Source of the DNA: Ionaspis alba
Lineage: Eukaryota
Direction: 5' to 3'
Assembly (NCBI GenBank): GCA_964255285.1
Contig: CAXUUL010000006.1
Location: 62,001 to 86,356 of the forward strand
Length of the DNA: 24,356 nucleotides
In this document: positions 14,686 to 24,356 of the stretch, one piece after another
Layout of the letters: each line of letters starts with the position of its first letter
Numbering within the stretch: the first letter of the stretch is position 1
Translations under genes and position numbers: made by a program
The notes under the pieces: model-generated
Told to the model about the DNA's origin: nothing
Database searches by the model: none
The model's input: only the letters and a program-made list of their open reading frames with translations

Positions 14686-16521
14686 ATGGCATGCCGGTTG
14701 CGCTGTTCCTTATCTTGCCGTGGCGAATCCTTGAAATGGCACTCCGCATGTCGCCCGGCATGGCTGTCAGTTGCTCCACCAAAGGCGCAAGTCCGGTGGA
14801 GTTCTGCTACGACAGAACCCCATCAGCCCAATGCTAGTGGAGGCGTCAATGGGAGTCCCAGCCCACAGAAACAAATTAAATTCACATCTGACTCGTATGT
14901 TCGATGCAATCGTTGTTAAGGCTTCGTTTGTCTGACTTCTATCGTCAGATATCCAGATATCAAGCGGGATAGCAGATTTGCGGAGGTGGTGCTCAGTTCG
15001 ACTCTCGTGACCTACTATTTATGCTAAAGCTCTTGCCACAGCTCACTACCGAACATGTTAAGCATTTCAGATCGATTCTCGGAAGTGACTCCGCCGTTAT
15101 CGATGGTGTCTCAGCCGATGCAACAGACGACTTGGAAGCCTTTAACAGCGATTGGATGCGCAAGTACAAAGGGCACACAAAAATGGTAGTCAAGCCGGGC
15201 ACTACAGAGGACGTTAGTAAAGTGCTGAAATACTGCAATGATAACATGCTTGCGGTGGTGCCTCAGGGCGGAAACTCAGGGCTTGTGGGAGGTTCAGTAC
15301 CGGTGTTTGATGAGATTGTGATCAGCACTTCGAGGATGAACAACATTCGGTCGTTTGACGAAGTTTCAGGAACACTGGTTGTTGATGCCGGATGTATACT
15401 TGAAATTGTGGATCACTTCTTGGCAGAGAAGGATCACATCTTCCCTCTGGATCTCGGGGCTAAGGGGTCATGCCAGATCGGAGGCAACGTTGCTACGAAC
15501 GCGGGTGGCCTACGTTTGTTGCGATATGGAAGCTTGCACGGGAACGTACTCGGTATCGAGGCCGTGCTACCCGATGGTACAATCGTAGATGATCTGTCGA
15601 CGTTGAGGAAAAACAATACTGGGTACGACCTTAAGCAGCTATTTATCGGTGGCGAAGGTACAATTGGTATAATCACAGGTGTTTCCATACTGTGCCCTCA
15701 GCGCTCAAAAGCGGTCAACGTTGCCTTCTTCGGGCTAGAGTCCTTTGATAAGGTGCAGAAGGCTTTCCGAGAAGCCAAAGGGCAGCTTTCAGAGATTCTC
15801 TCCGCATTCGAATTGATGGACGGGCAAAGTCAGGATCTTGTCCATAGAGTCACGAACAATAAAAGACCACTAGAAGGGCAACATCCTTTCTACTGTCTTA
15901 TTGAAACGAGTGGATCGAATACAGAGCACGACAGCGAGAAGCTGGAAAAATTTCTCGAACATGTCATGGGCGAGGACATTGTGTCAGACGGTGTTCTGGC
16001 TCAGGATGAGACACAAGCTAAAGCGCTCTGGGGCTGGCGAGAAGGTGTGCCTGAATGCCTAGGTCATTGGGGCGGCGTATACAAGTACGACGTCTCGATA
16101 CCCATCGCAGAACTATACTCGCTCGTCGAAGATACGCGAGAACGGCTCGAATCAGCTGGGCTCATTGGCGACACGGAAGATCATCCTGTGGTTGACATCG
16201 TTGGGTACGGGCACATGGGTGACTCGAATCTACATCTCAATGTTGCAACGAGACGATTTGACAAGGAGGTCGAGAAGACGCTGGAGCCATTTGTGTACGA
16301 GTGGATTGCGAAGAGGAAGGGAAGCATTAGTGCTGAGCATGGGCTTGGGCTGGCTAAAAAGGCGTTCGTTGGGTATAGCCGGAGTGAGACGATGATTCGC
16401 TTGATGAAGCAGATCAAGCAGCTCTATGATCCGGTAAGATGATTTAATTTCGTTCTTGGAGCAAAGATTAATGCTGACCATGAGACAGAACGGAATCCTG
16501 AACCCTTACAAGTACATATAG
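14686..16521 (+). CDS. DLD2: Mitochondrial D-2-hydroxyglutarate dehydrogenase/transhydrogenase (Dld2/D2HGDH type; FAD-binding oxidoreductase type 4), 556 aa
   Basis: Exons 14686-14894, 14949-14985, 15042-16433, 16489-16521 (1671 nt). Arg-rich presequence-like N-terminus; 'AVVPQGGNSGLVGGSVPVFDE', 'FPLDLGAKGSCQIGGNVATNAGGLRLLRYGSLHG', 'LRKNNTGYDLKQLFIG', 'GYGHMGDSNLHLN', 'GSISAEHGLG', C-terminal 'YDPNGILNPYKYI'. Confidence 0.94.
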
Positions 16522-17391
16522 ATGTCGAGGGACAGACTATAATGCATATATTCAATGAAATCCCTGCCTATTCTCTGTCACATACTGTGGTTTATATAGC
16601 AAAGTACCTCAGCAATACTCACTGATGCTTGTATAGGTCTGCGAATATTCTGTAGGTGAATATTCTCTTGACGCACAAGGATCCGGAACGTTAACAGGTT
16701 AATAAAAATTTCTTTTGGGAGAACTTGCGAGATTGCCGATACGGACCATAGAAGCGTTCCAAGGGTACTCTCAAGACCTTGAAATTGGTATTGCCAACCG
16801 GAGAAAGCAGAGGCCTCGACGGGCTTCTCTAGCTTCAAGGAATGGGTGCGAGATCCAGGTAATGAAGAGGAAGTTGGAAGGCTTCCCAAAGCCTGAAAAT
16901 GCAAGGCTCGTCGCCATGATGAAATGGTACTCTACTCTGTACATGGACTTTTCGTGGCGGTTCAATACCAAAGTTCCTAGCCGTCCTCGCGTTTGAATAC
17001 CGCGTAATACAAGCCTGGTATGAGGCTGGAGTCCACTTTCCACGGCAAGGCGAAGAATCAGACATAAGTGTCAGCTTTGTGCAGTCAATGAGCCGGAGTT
17101 CGCGTGAGCATGCCGCCAATGACCATGTCAATTGTGTAATACCAGGAGAGATCTTCCAACAAGCATTCTCTAGGGAGAAGATAGGTTAGCTAGAAGCTGG
17201 CTTGCGAAATGGCTGAGGTACAAGCACCTAAGGTCGGCCTGTATGGAAATAGGATTTGAAGTCCAGCAATATTAGCCCAACAAGCAGAACCAGCAATTAT
17301 ATCAACACAACGACGATGGTGGACCAAAAACCAGACGGGTCCCAAAGCTGTGAGAATTCCTTTCATCCATTCCATCTGCAATCAGACTGCA

Positions 17392-17898
17392 CTAACAAGC
17401 AAACCCACAGTCCCAGTCTGACGTCGCTGACTTCTGCGCCATTTCCCTGAGGAGATTCCGGAAGTCCCAGGCACCAACCGAACATCTTTCCGCGCCCCAT
17501 TCATCGTCTGCCAGCTTGAAATGGAGATTTAAGTCCTTCGGACTTACGTAGACCCCCATCGGGCTGCCAAGCTGGCAGAAAGCCCAGATCGGCGCGCCAA
17601 CTTTGTCCACCGAGTAGTCGTACTCGGCGTGCTCCACCAGTCCAATCAACGACTGGTCGTTGTCGTAAATGCTAATGTCGATGAAGCCACGCATTCCACC
17701 ATCCGCATAGTGGTGCACATGGACACCACACCGTCCGTGCTGTGGGTCCTTGACCAATTTTGAGTCCTCTGGGACGACTAGGGGCAAGGCGGCAGTCAAG
17801 GCCACTGGGGCAGCGGCGGCGAAGGGCAAGACCAAGACGAGCGAGAGGAGAGCAAGAAAGAGCGCGAACAGGAAGGTGGTGAGCGGCATTCCGGTCAT
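17392..17898 (-). CDS. Small secreted cysteine-containing protein of unknown function, 168 aa, intronless
   Basis: ATG-initiated ORF with a strongly hydrophobic N-terminus ending in an AAA-AP cleavage-like site, 5 Cys in the mature part, and C-terminus 'RCSVGAWD...DWDCGFAC'. Confidence 0.78.
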   Translation of the reverse strand: MTGMPLTTFLFALFLALLSLVLVLPFAAAAPVALTAALPLVVPEDSKLVKDPQHGRCGVHVHHYADGGMRGFIDISIYDNDQSLIGLVEHAEYDYSVDKVGAPIWAFCQLGSPMGVYVSPKDLNLHFKLADDEWGAERCSVGAWDFRNLLREMAQKSATSDWDCGFAC

Positions 17899-18110
17899 TT
17901 TCGAAGCGGGGAAGAAGGCGTAGGGGTGCAGTCAAGAAGGAAGTCGAGATTATCTGGGTCGGAAGAAGTTTGAGGAAGAGAAGGTGAAAGGTAACAGGTG
18001 GATGTGAACCCGATGGTGGGCGATCTATAAAATTAAGTTGAGCTGTAGCGCTGGGAGACTGGATTACTCTTTGCTCATAACTGGGGGAGAAACGAGACTT
18101 CTCCAGCTTC

Positions 18111-18117
18111 ATATATA
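18111..18117 (-). promoter_or_regulatory. Candidate TATA element (TATATAT) for the secreted-protein gene
   Basis: About 213 nt upstream of ATG 17898, followed on the - strand by a CT-rich tract (~17900-17990) typical of fungal leaders. Confidence 0.3.
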
Positions 18118-18878
18118 GATTTTCAGGCCGGTCTTTCAAAAGATCTGTGATAGCTCGAGCCTTGAACAAACTTTGATCAATGTGAGACTTTTTTTACTTG
18201 GAACTACACGTCAAAAGCCTGGGCGATGACTTTGCAGGAGTCACTTACCCACATCGGGCGTGAGCCACCGTGGTTGCTCCACCTGGAACATGCTTAGTGC
18301 AGCTAAGCAAAGGTACTCTCGGACATCACTTCTACAATGACCGGTCTCAAAATGACCAGATACTTGATGCCAAAGCCATAGTGTTTACAAAACAATTAGA
18401 TTGATGGCTGGCTGCCTTCAAGGCCGTTCTGTCTAGAACACGGGTCGAGAATGGGCAAACGCATAGGGCCAATATCTGTCCACATCACTGCTGAAACTTC
18501 TCTGCACCAAACAAGCTTAACGACAGACTCAGACGATGTAGATCCGACATCACGGGAGCTAGACCTATAGAACGGACGAGGTAGAGTGGTTGACCTATAG
18601 ACATGCTTCATAGCGGATTTCTGGCCGGGGGTGCTAGACATATTGACAAGAGCTTGTACGACCTGTTATGGTCGTTGGAGAAAGTGGATAACACCAGAGC
18701 TGCATGATCTACAGACGCCGAACGAACTGAGAGAGCAAGAGACCTTGTTCCAAAACCTGTACTCGTAAAGCTCAGATACACGTCCCGAGATATTCTCCTA
18801 TATGTTTCACGTAGCCTCGACAATTCCCCGTACTCCGCGCCTGTCCCAATCCCAGCCATATTACCCACCGCGTGAACA

Positions 18879-21800
18879 TCACAGTTCTTCTTCTTCGTTA
18901 AGCAGTTCCTCCAGCACCGAGTCCTGCATCTCCATCTTCTCCTCCTTGATCACGTCCTCCATCCTTGTTTCGCCTCCAGACATCTGTGCAGGAGCTTCCG
19001 CCTCTCCCTCTTCCATAACAGTCATATCCTCACTCGTAGGACTCCTCTGTTCAACCCCAGTGTCACCAATCGCTTTACTCAGGGCAGTCTGTAACTTTGC
19101 CAAGGCATTTTTGGAAGGCATGTCTACTGCCACTCTACTATCGACAGCTTCCATGACAAGGTTAGAGACGAGTTGCAGCTTTTCCGTGGATGAGTTGGAG
19201 GTGATATAAAGCTTGCCGAGCGTGGAGATCAACACCTTTTTCTCTTCTTCTGTGGATTTCTGTTAGTGCTGCAATAGATCTCATCAAATCAAGCGCTTAC
19301 TCGTGCATCCATAACCGATGATCTTCTCTAAAAGGCTCTCGGCAAGCTCGAGATGAATATCCCCATTCACAGGCAGTGCTTCCTTCTTTCCAGCTTCATC
19401 CCAGCTGACTGATGCGGAATCCTGGACGATGAGTTTTCTGGCATCTGTCCAATCCACAAGCATGTTTGCGACCACAGTCATACCAACCATTTCCTCATCC
19501 TCGTCAAGCTCCTCGCCCATGCCTACAAGGCTATGCATCACGGAAGGCACCACTCTGCTCATTCTCTCCATGTTCTCTCTGCGGCTGTGACAGTACACAG
19601 GTAAGAAGTAGCTCAAAGCCTGTCGCGTCGCCGCATTATCCTTAGTGGCAGGTTCGAAGAAACACATGACAAGCTGTTTGAGGAGGTCTTCGTCGGAGAT
19701 GACAGTCGTGAGCATTAGCTTGCAAAGAGCAATTGTAGCTGCTGATTGGACTTCTGGAGCATGGTTCGCTTTAAGTCCTTTCGAGAAGACCTTGAACACC
19801 GGCTTCTGGAGGGATCCTTCAGCGTCGGATGTGGATAGAAGACTCGGGTGTGTCGTGAGAATGTCAGATAGTACATGGATGGCGGTTACCTGAAGGACGT
19901 CGTGGCCCTTGTTGAAACAGTGCAGGAAAAGGGAGAGGTTTTCCTCTGATAGAGTCTGATAGATAGGACATTAGCACCTATCGAAGATAAACCGACCAAA
20001 GCATTCGTGTAGCTCATACCTTGTCTAGAAGACAACATAATCCGAGACAGAGTAGACCTTGCTCCCTGATTGGAGCCTCATGACTCCTCACGGCTGGTAC
20101 AACCAGGTTATTCAGCATGGTTACTAGGTGCACATTGTCCTGCAGCTTGTCTCCAATATTTTGCAACATGTATTGCGCTATGTGGAGGCACTTCATGTTT
20201 ACCATTATTTCTCTGATGGCTTTTTCTTCATCCTGCTCCTCGTTCTCTAGCAGCAGCTTCTTGCTTGGCTTCTCTTTTGTCGGTGTTGTGTCGGTGAGCT
20301 CCGAGTGAGCAGAATGAAAGCTTTCGTCCTCGTCCTCTGGCAATGGCTCGTCCACTACGATCGTGTCATGGACTTCGGCGACTGCTTCAAGGACCACGCC
20401 ACAGAACTCCCGCTCCCCCACCGAATCTCCGCCGCATAGCATTCGAAGGACTTCAATTACCAGCTTGGTGGCTTCCTCCGGTAGCTCTGCTATCGCCAAT
20501 GTTTCACGGAGAAGGGCAAACATTTTTCGGCGCCCAACTTCATCAGTATAATCAAGAGTTCTTGCTATGTGGAGAAGTTGCTCCACTATGAACTCTTGCT
20601 CGACGGCGTCTTCGTGTCCTTCAACCCCATCTCCGGCATTTATACTTCGCAGCCGGTCGATAAGATCATTTGTGTACCTTTGAATTATAAACGCCAGTTT
20701 TGTGACTTCAGGCATCTTCTCCTCTATCAGTGCTTCATATTTGCCCTGGCTTCCTTGTCTGTAGAAGTCATTCAGGCTTCTGGCTAAAAAGACGCTTTCC
20801 GCGGTCAAATTTTCCCAAAATGGGTCCTCGAAACTAACAGCTTCCCGATAATCCGGACGTCCATCCCAGAATTCTTGCATCGCTTCCAATGCTATTCCAC
20901 TTTCAACCCCAGAATTGAGCACGTCGATGCGTTCGAGCAATTCAGTCAAAGCTTCAACGCTGGGCGCTGTAGATTCTTTCTGTCCTTGAGCTTCTATAGC
21001 AGTGCTCGTTCCAGCGCAGTCTTCTATCCAGCGCTCTCGAAATAGTTTAGCTGTAGCTTTACGCACATTTTCATCACGATCCCTTAGACCCCATCGTAGC
21101 AATTTCTCCCGCATTGAGAGAGAGAGATGTCGGAAGTCTCCGAGCGCAGGCAGCAAGCGAGAGTAAAGAGCTCTTCTCGTCCCAGGATCCACATCTCTAG
21201 CTCGTTCCAACAAGTATGGTAGGGTCGTAGGGGTCAGAGGGAGATTGAGCAGCAATGACCGGCGTACGTCTGCACTGGGATCGTTTTGTAGAATGTCAAC
21301 AAGTTTTTCCACAATTCCGCTGGCATCGTCGCTGTCGCTTTGATCATCGTCTTGACCCTGATCGCCTTCGTTGCCAGCGAGTCGACCAAGTCCCAGGACA
21401 GCCTGCACCCGAACCATTGGCTCCTTGTCCCGAATGCGCCTCAAGAGACCCATGCGTATCAGATGATAGTATTCATCATCAATCGATTCAAGAGAGTTGA
21501 CTATGTGGGAAGTGATTTGGGTGGCACGGTATCGCACTGTCTTCTCTTTCGAAACCAACAGAGGCAGAAGCACGGAGAGAATGTGGGAAGTAAGACGCGT
21601 ACTTGGGGTCTCAGGGAACGCTTGCGTCTCATCCAAAGCTTCTTCCGGTACGAGTGCGATGTCTGTGGCACGTCAAAATCTGATGAGAAGCCATGAATAA
21701 TAGTGTGAGCACCAACCTTTCTCACTGGCATGTTGAAGGAACAGTCCTAGAAATCGGACAATGCGATCACCAACACCTTCACTTTTCTTGACAGCCATCA

Positions 21801-22125
21801 GATGTATAACACATCTTGCCATCTCAACGTTAAAATCGTCCTCACCAAACCCATCTAGCCTCCTCTTCCCTAGTTCCGTGGGCTCGTAGCAGCATGCTTC
21901 CTGGATCTTTCTCAGGCTGACCACAAGCTTGCGATGACCAGGTGTGGTCTTTTGTGCATCGCTAAAAATATCGCAGATCTTGGTTCTTAAGGTCGTTGCC
22001 GGTCCTTCGTCCGGCACGATGACATTTGATGGAGCAGTTGATGCACGTGAATTCAAGGATGGTACTGATGATTTGCGCGAGACTCGGGAAGCGGTAGACG
22101 TCCGCGTTGAAACTCGACCAGGCAT
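18879..22125 (-). CDS. YCG1: Condensin HEAT-repeat subunit Ycg1/Cnd3 (CAP-G), 1025 aa
   Basis: Exons 22125-21717, 21662-20020, 19955-19301, 19249-18879 (3078 nt, in frame). 'IFSDAQKTTPGHRKLVVSLRKIQ', 'KEKTVRYRATQ', 'RIRDKEPMVRVQAV', 'QNDPSADVRRSLL', 'LLERARDVD', 'WGLRDRD', 'LDYTDEVGRRKM', 'LVVPAVRSHEAPIREQGLLCLGLCCLLDK', 'RQALSYFLPVYCHS'. Confidence 0.93.
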
Positions 22126-22234
22126 CTTGACTGTGACCGATGCTCAGTGTTTAGCTAAGTACTGCGGAGCTGCTGTTCAACAGTAAGATCAGAGATGAAG
22201 ATGTTGCTCTTGTGCCGTCGCCGCCAAGCCCAAA

Positions 22235-22243
22235 GTAAACAAA
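22235..22243. promoter_or_regulatory. Forkhead (Fkh-type) consensus site GTAAACAAA, 110 nt upstream of the condensin ATG
   Basis: Exact 9-mer match within the 308-nt divergent ycg1/cysB intergenic region. Confidence 0.45.
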
Positions 22244-22433
22244 GACATTCCCGCCTAGGCTACGAGTAGCAGAGCATTACAGGGATCCTGCGGCATCCGA
22301 GCATGGCGCCATCCTGCATCATCAAAGTGTATGGATAAATAATATCTTAGTGCTCGTTGCCCATCTGAGCTCTTATACCATTGCATTCATCGATTTTTCT
22401 AACGGTAATGGGGCTATAGAGTTGAAGCAGACC

Positions 22434-23644
22434 ATGTTCCGGCAGAGCGTACGGCGTTTTGCTACCACAGCCTATAGAGCCGCGGAAACTCTCTCTCAAA
22501 TGGAAGCTCCCAATGCTTATGGCATCAGCGTGTCAAAAGCCCAAGGCCACGTCAACGGCTTTGTCGGAGGTATATCGCGCAGATAATCCAAAGCCTTGAC
22601 ATTCTCTCCAAGGTTCTGACAGGACTGACACTCGAGGTTTCCGCAGCAATCGGCAACACACCCCTCATCCGCCTTTCGCGCCTGTCTCAAGAAACCGGCT
22701 GTGAAATACTCGGAAAGGCGGAATTCCAGAATCCAGGTGGCAGCGTCAAAGATCGTGCTGCGCTCTACGTAGTCTTGGATGCTGAAGAGCGAGGCCTCCT
22801 TCGTCCTGGCGGTACTGTTATAGAGGGTACCGCGGGAAATACTGGCATAGGACTCGCACATGTATGCCGCTCCAAAGGCTACAACCTTATAATTTTTATG
22901 CCGAATACGCAATCGCAAGCGAAAGTGGATCTACTGCGGCTACTTGGAGCCACGGTATACCCGGTGCCAGCAGTCCCCTTCGAGGACCCGCAAAACTACA
23001 ATCATCAGGCGAAACGGCATGCAGAGAGTCTGGAAAACGCAGTATGGACGAATCAGTTTGATAATGTGGCTAACAGGCGTGCGCATATCGAGACTACTGG
23101 TCCTGAAATCTGGTATCAAACAAAAGGAAAGCTGGACGCCTTCACGTGCGCGACTGGGACAGGAGGTACGCTTGCCGGCGTGACGAGGTATTTGAAGACA
23201 GCGTCGGAGGGGCGAGTAAAAACATACTTGGCAGATCCACCCGGGAGCGTGCTGCACTCGTATATCACTTCTGGCGGCAAGTTGACGGAGCGGACTGGCT
23301 CGAGTATTACGGAAGGCATCGGGCAGGGGCGGGTGACGGACAACCTCAAGCCAGATATCGACCTTGTGGACGGAGCGCTGCATATCAGTGATGAGAAAAG
23401 TATCGAGATGGTTTATCGCTGCTTGGACGAAGAAGGACTGTACTTGGGAGCAAGCTCGTGCTTGAATGTCGTAGCAGCAAAAGAAGTGGCTGAGAAGCTG
23501 GGTAAGGGGCACACAGTCGTGACGATACTATGCGATGGAGCCTATCGGTACGCGGATCGACTTTTCTCGAGAAAGTGGTTGGAAGTGAAAAAGTTGGTCA
23601 AGGCAATACCACCCCATTTGGAAAAGTACATAGTGTTACAATAG
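22434..23644 (+). CDS. cysB: Mitochondrial cysteine synthase (PLP-dependent; CysB/Cys11 type), 377 aa
   Basis: Exons 22434-22569 and 22647-23644 (1134 nt). Presequence [17 protein letters not shown]; '[10 protein letters not shown]', PLP-lysine motif '[16 protein letters not shown]', '[12 protein letters not shown]', '[21 protein letters not shown]', '[11 protein letters not shown]', 'ITEGIG', 'VVTILCD'. Confidence 0.95.
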
Positions 23645-24356
23645 ACAAAAATTATGGCAAAAGTCCACACCTAGTATTCCTCAACCCCATCACGTTGGCC
23701 CAATCTGGACGTCATTTCGTACCTTCAAGTTCCCAGCTTCCCTATTGTATCTCACAATGTTCACACCCGCTTCCAACCGAGCCAACGCCTAAATATGATG
23801 TCTGAGACACTTTGAGGCATCCCTTCTTCCGAGTTCATTCGAACTATAGCAATCCGCAATCTGTCCTGCAATACCCTCCTCTTCTCTTTAGTCGTTTTAC
23901 CACGATCAAACGATACGTAAAGCCTCTTGGTACTCCCGCCACCGAGCCTGCCGACAGGTCTCAACAGTCAATTCCAACCTCTTTGACTCGCTCCTCCTGC
24001 TTGCTCGGGCTCCACGGCGACATGTACAAATCGGGCCTTATGCTCAGAAAGAACGAGACTACGCAGTGGCCAATACTGTACCATAACGAGTCGGACCATC
24101 AGCAGTCTGGTGTTCGTCCGCCGAACCGGAGCGAAAGGGTGGCAGGACAACAGGTGTCACCGATCAATTGGAAGGGTACTTGGTCCTTCGCGTGCCTGCA
24201 GCCCAGAGTAGCATCGATTGTGGAATAGTGCGGTCGGCTTGCTCTGAAGTGGTTGACGATGTGGGATTCTGAGAATCGGCCGTTTCCAAAGGATGGCGGT
24301 GGAGGAAAGCACTATGTTCCCTTCTGTGCTGCAATTCCTCGCACAAGGCATTTCAG

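Noticed and set aside
16522..17391. Several 90-108 aa ORFs between DLD2 and the secreted-protein gene
   Set aside because: No recognisable protein motifs, splice structure, terminal repeats or RNA-gene features. A blastx search would be needed to exclude a relic.
17672..18169. 165-aa ORF overlapping the secreted-protein gene
   Set aside because: TTG-started alternative frame across promoter and signal-peptide sequence; the 17898 ATG frame has the coherent features.
18291..18309. Inverted repeat TGCTTAG-N5-CTAAGCA
   Set aside because: A single 7-bp stem is expected by chance in 24 kb.
22940..23512. 190-aa antisense ORF within cysB
   Set aside because: Antisense shadow of a conserved CDS.
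23645..24356. ORF 23812-24228 and short minus-strand ORFs at the window end
   Set aside because: No recognisable domain or convincing gene structure; may be UTR or the edge of a gene outside the window.

Overview
Gene-dense eukaryotic DNA from a filamentous ascomycete (Pezizomycotina-type). Introns are short (45-95 nt), GT..AG, with CTRAY-like branch sites. I reconstructed eight protein-coding genes by hand, with frame-checked exon sums: (1) GID7/WDR26-like LisH-CTLH-WD40 protein (+, first ATG 811, stop 3007); (2) an uncharacterised ~1183-aa protein (-, 7984..4331); (3) a mitochondrial PDK/BCKDK-family kinase (-, 9738..8259); (4) USP7/Ubp15 deubiquitinase (+, 10376..14312, 11 exons); (5) Dld2/D2HGDH-type FAD dehydrogenase (+, 14686..16521); (6) an intronless small secreted Cys-containing protein (-, 17898..17392); (7) condensin subunit Ycg1/Cnd3 (-, 22125..18879); (8) mitochondrial cysteine synthase CysB/Cys11 (+, 22434..23644). 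I saw no RNA genes, transposons or arrays. The strongest unusual signal is at the 5' end of GID7/WDR26: 145 stop-free, ATG-free codons in frame upstream of the first ATG, encoding two basic NLS-like motifs, with a CTG in good context. This suggests a non-AUG-initiated, NLS-bearing isoform. Other points of interest are the orphan protein carrying a D-box, a KEN box, a DSG motif and an Axl2-like Ig motif; the orphan secreted protein; and uORF, Gcn4-type and forkhead regulatory signals. No database searches were run, so family calls rest on motif recognition.
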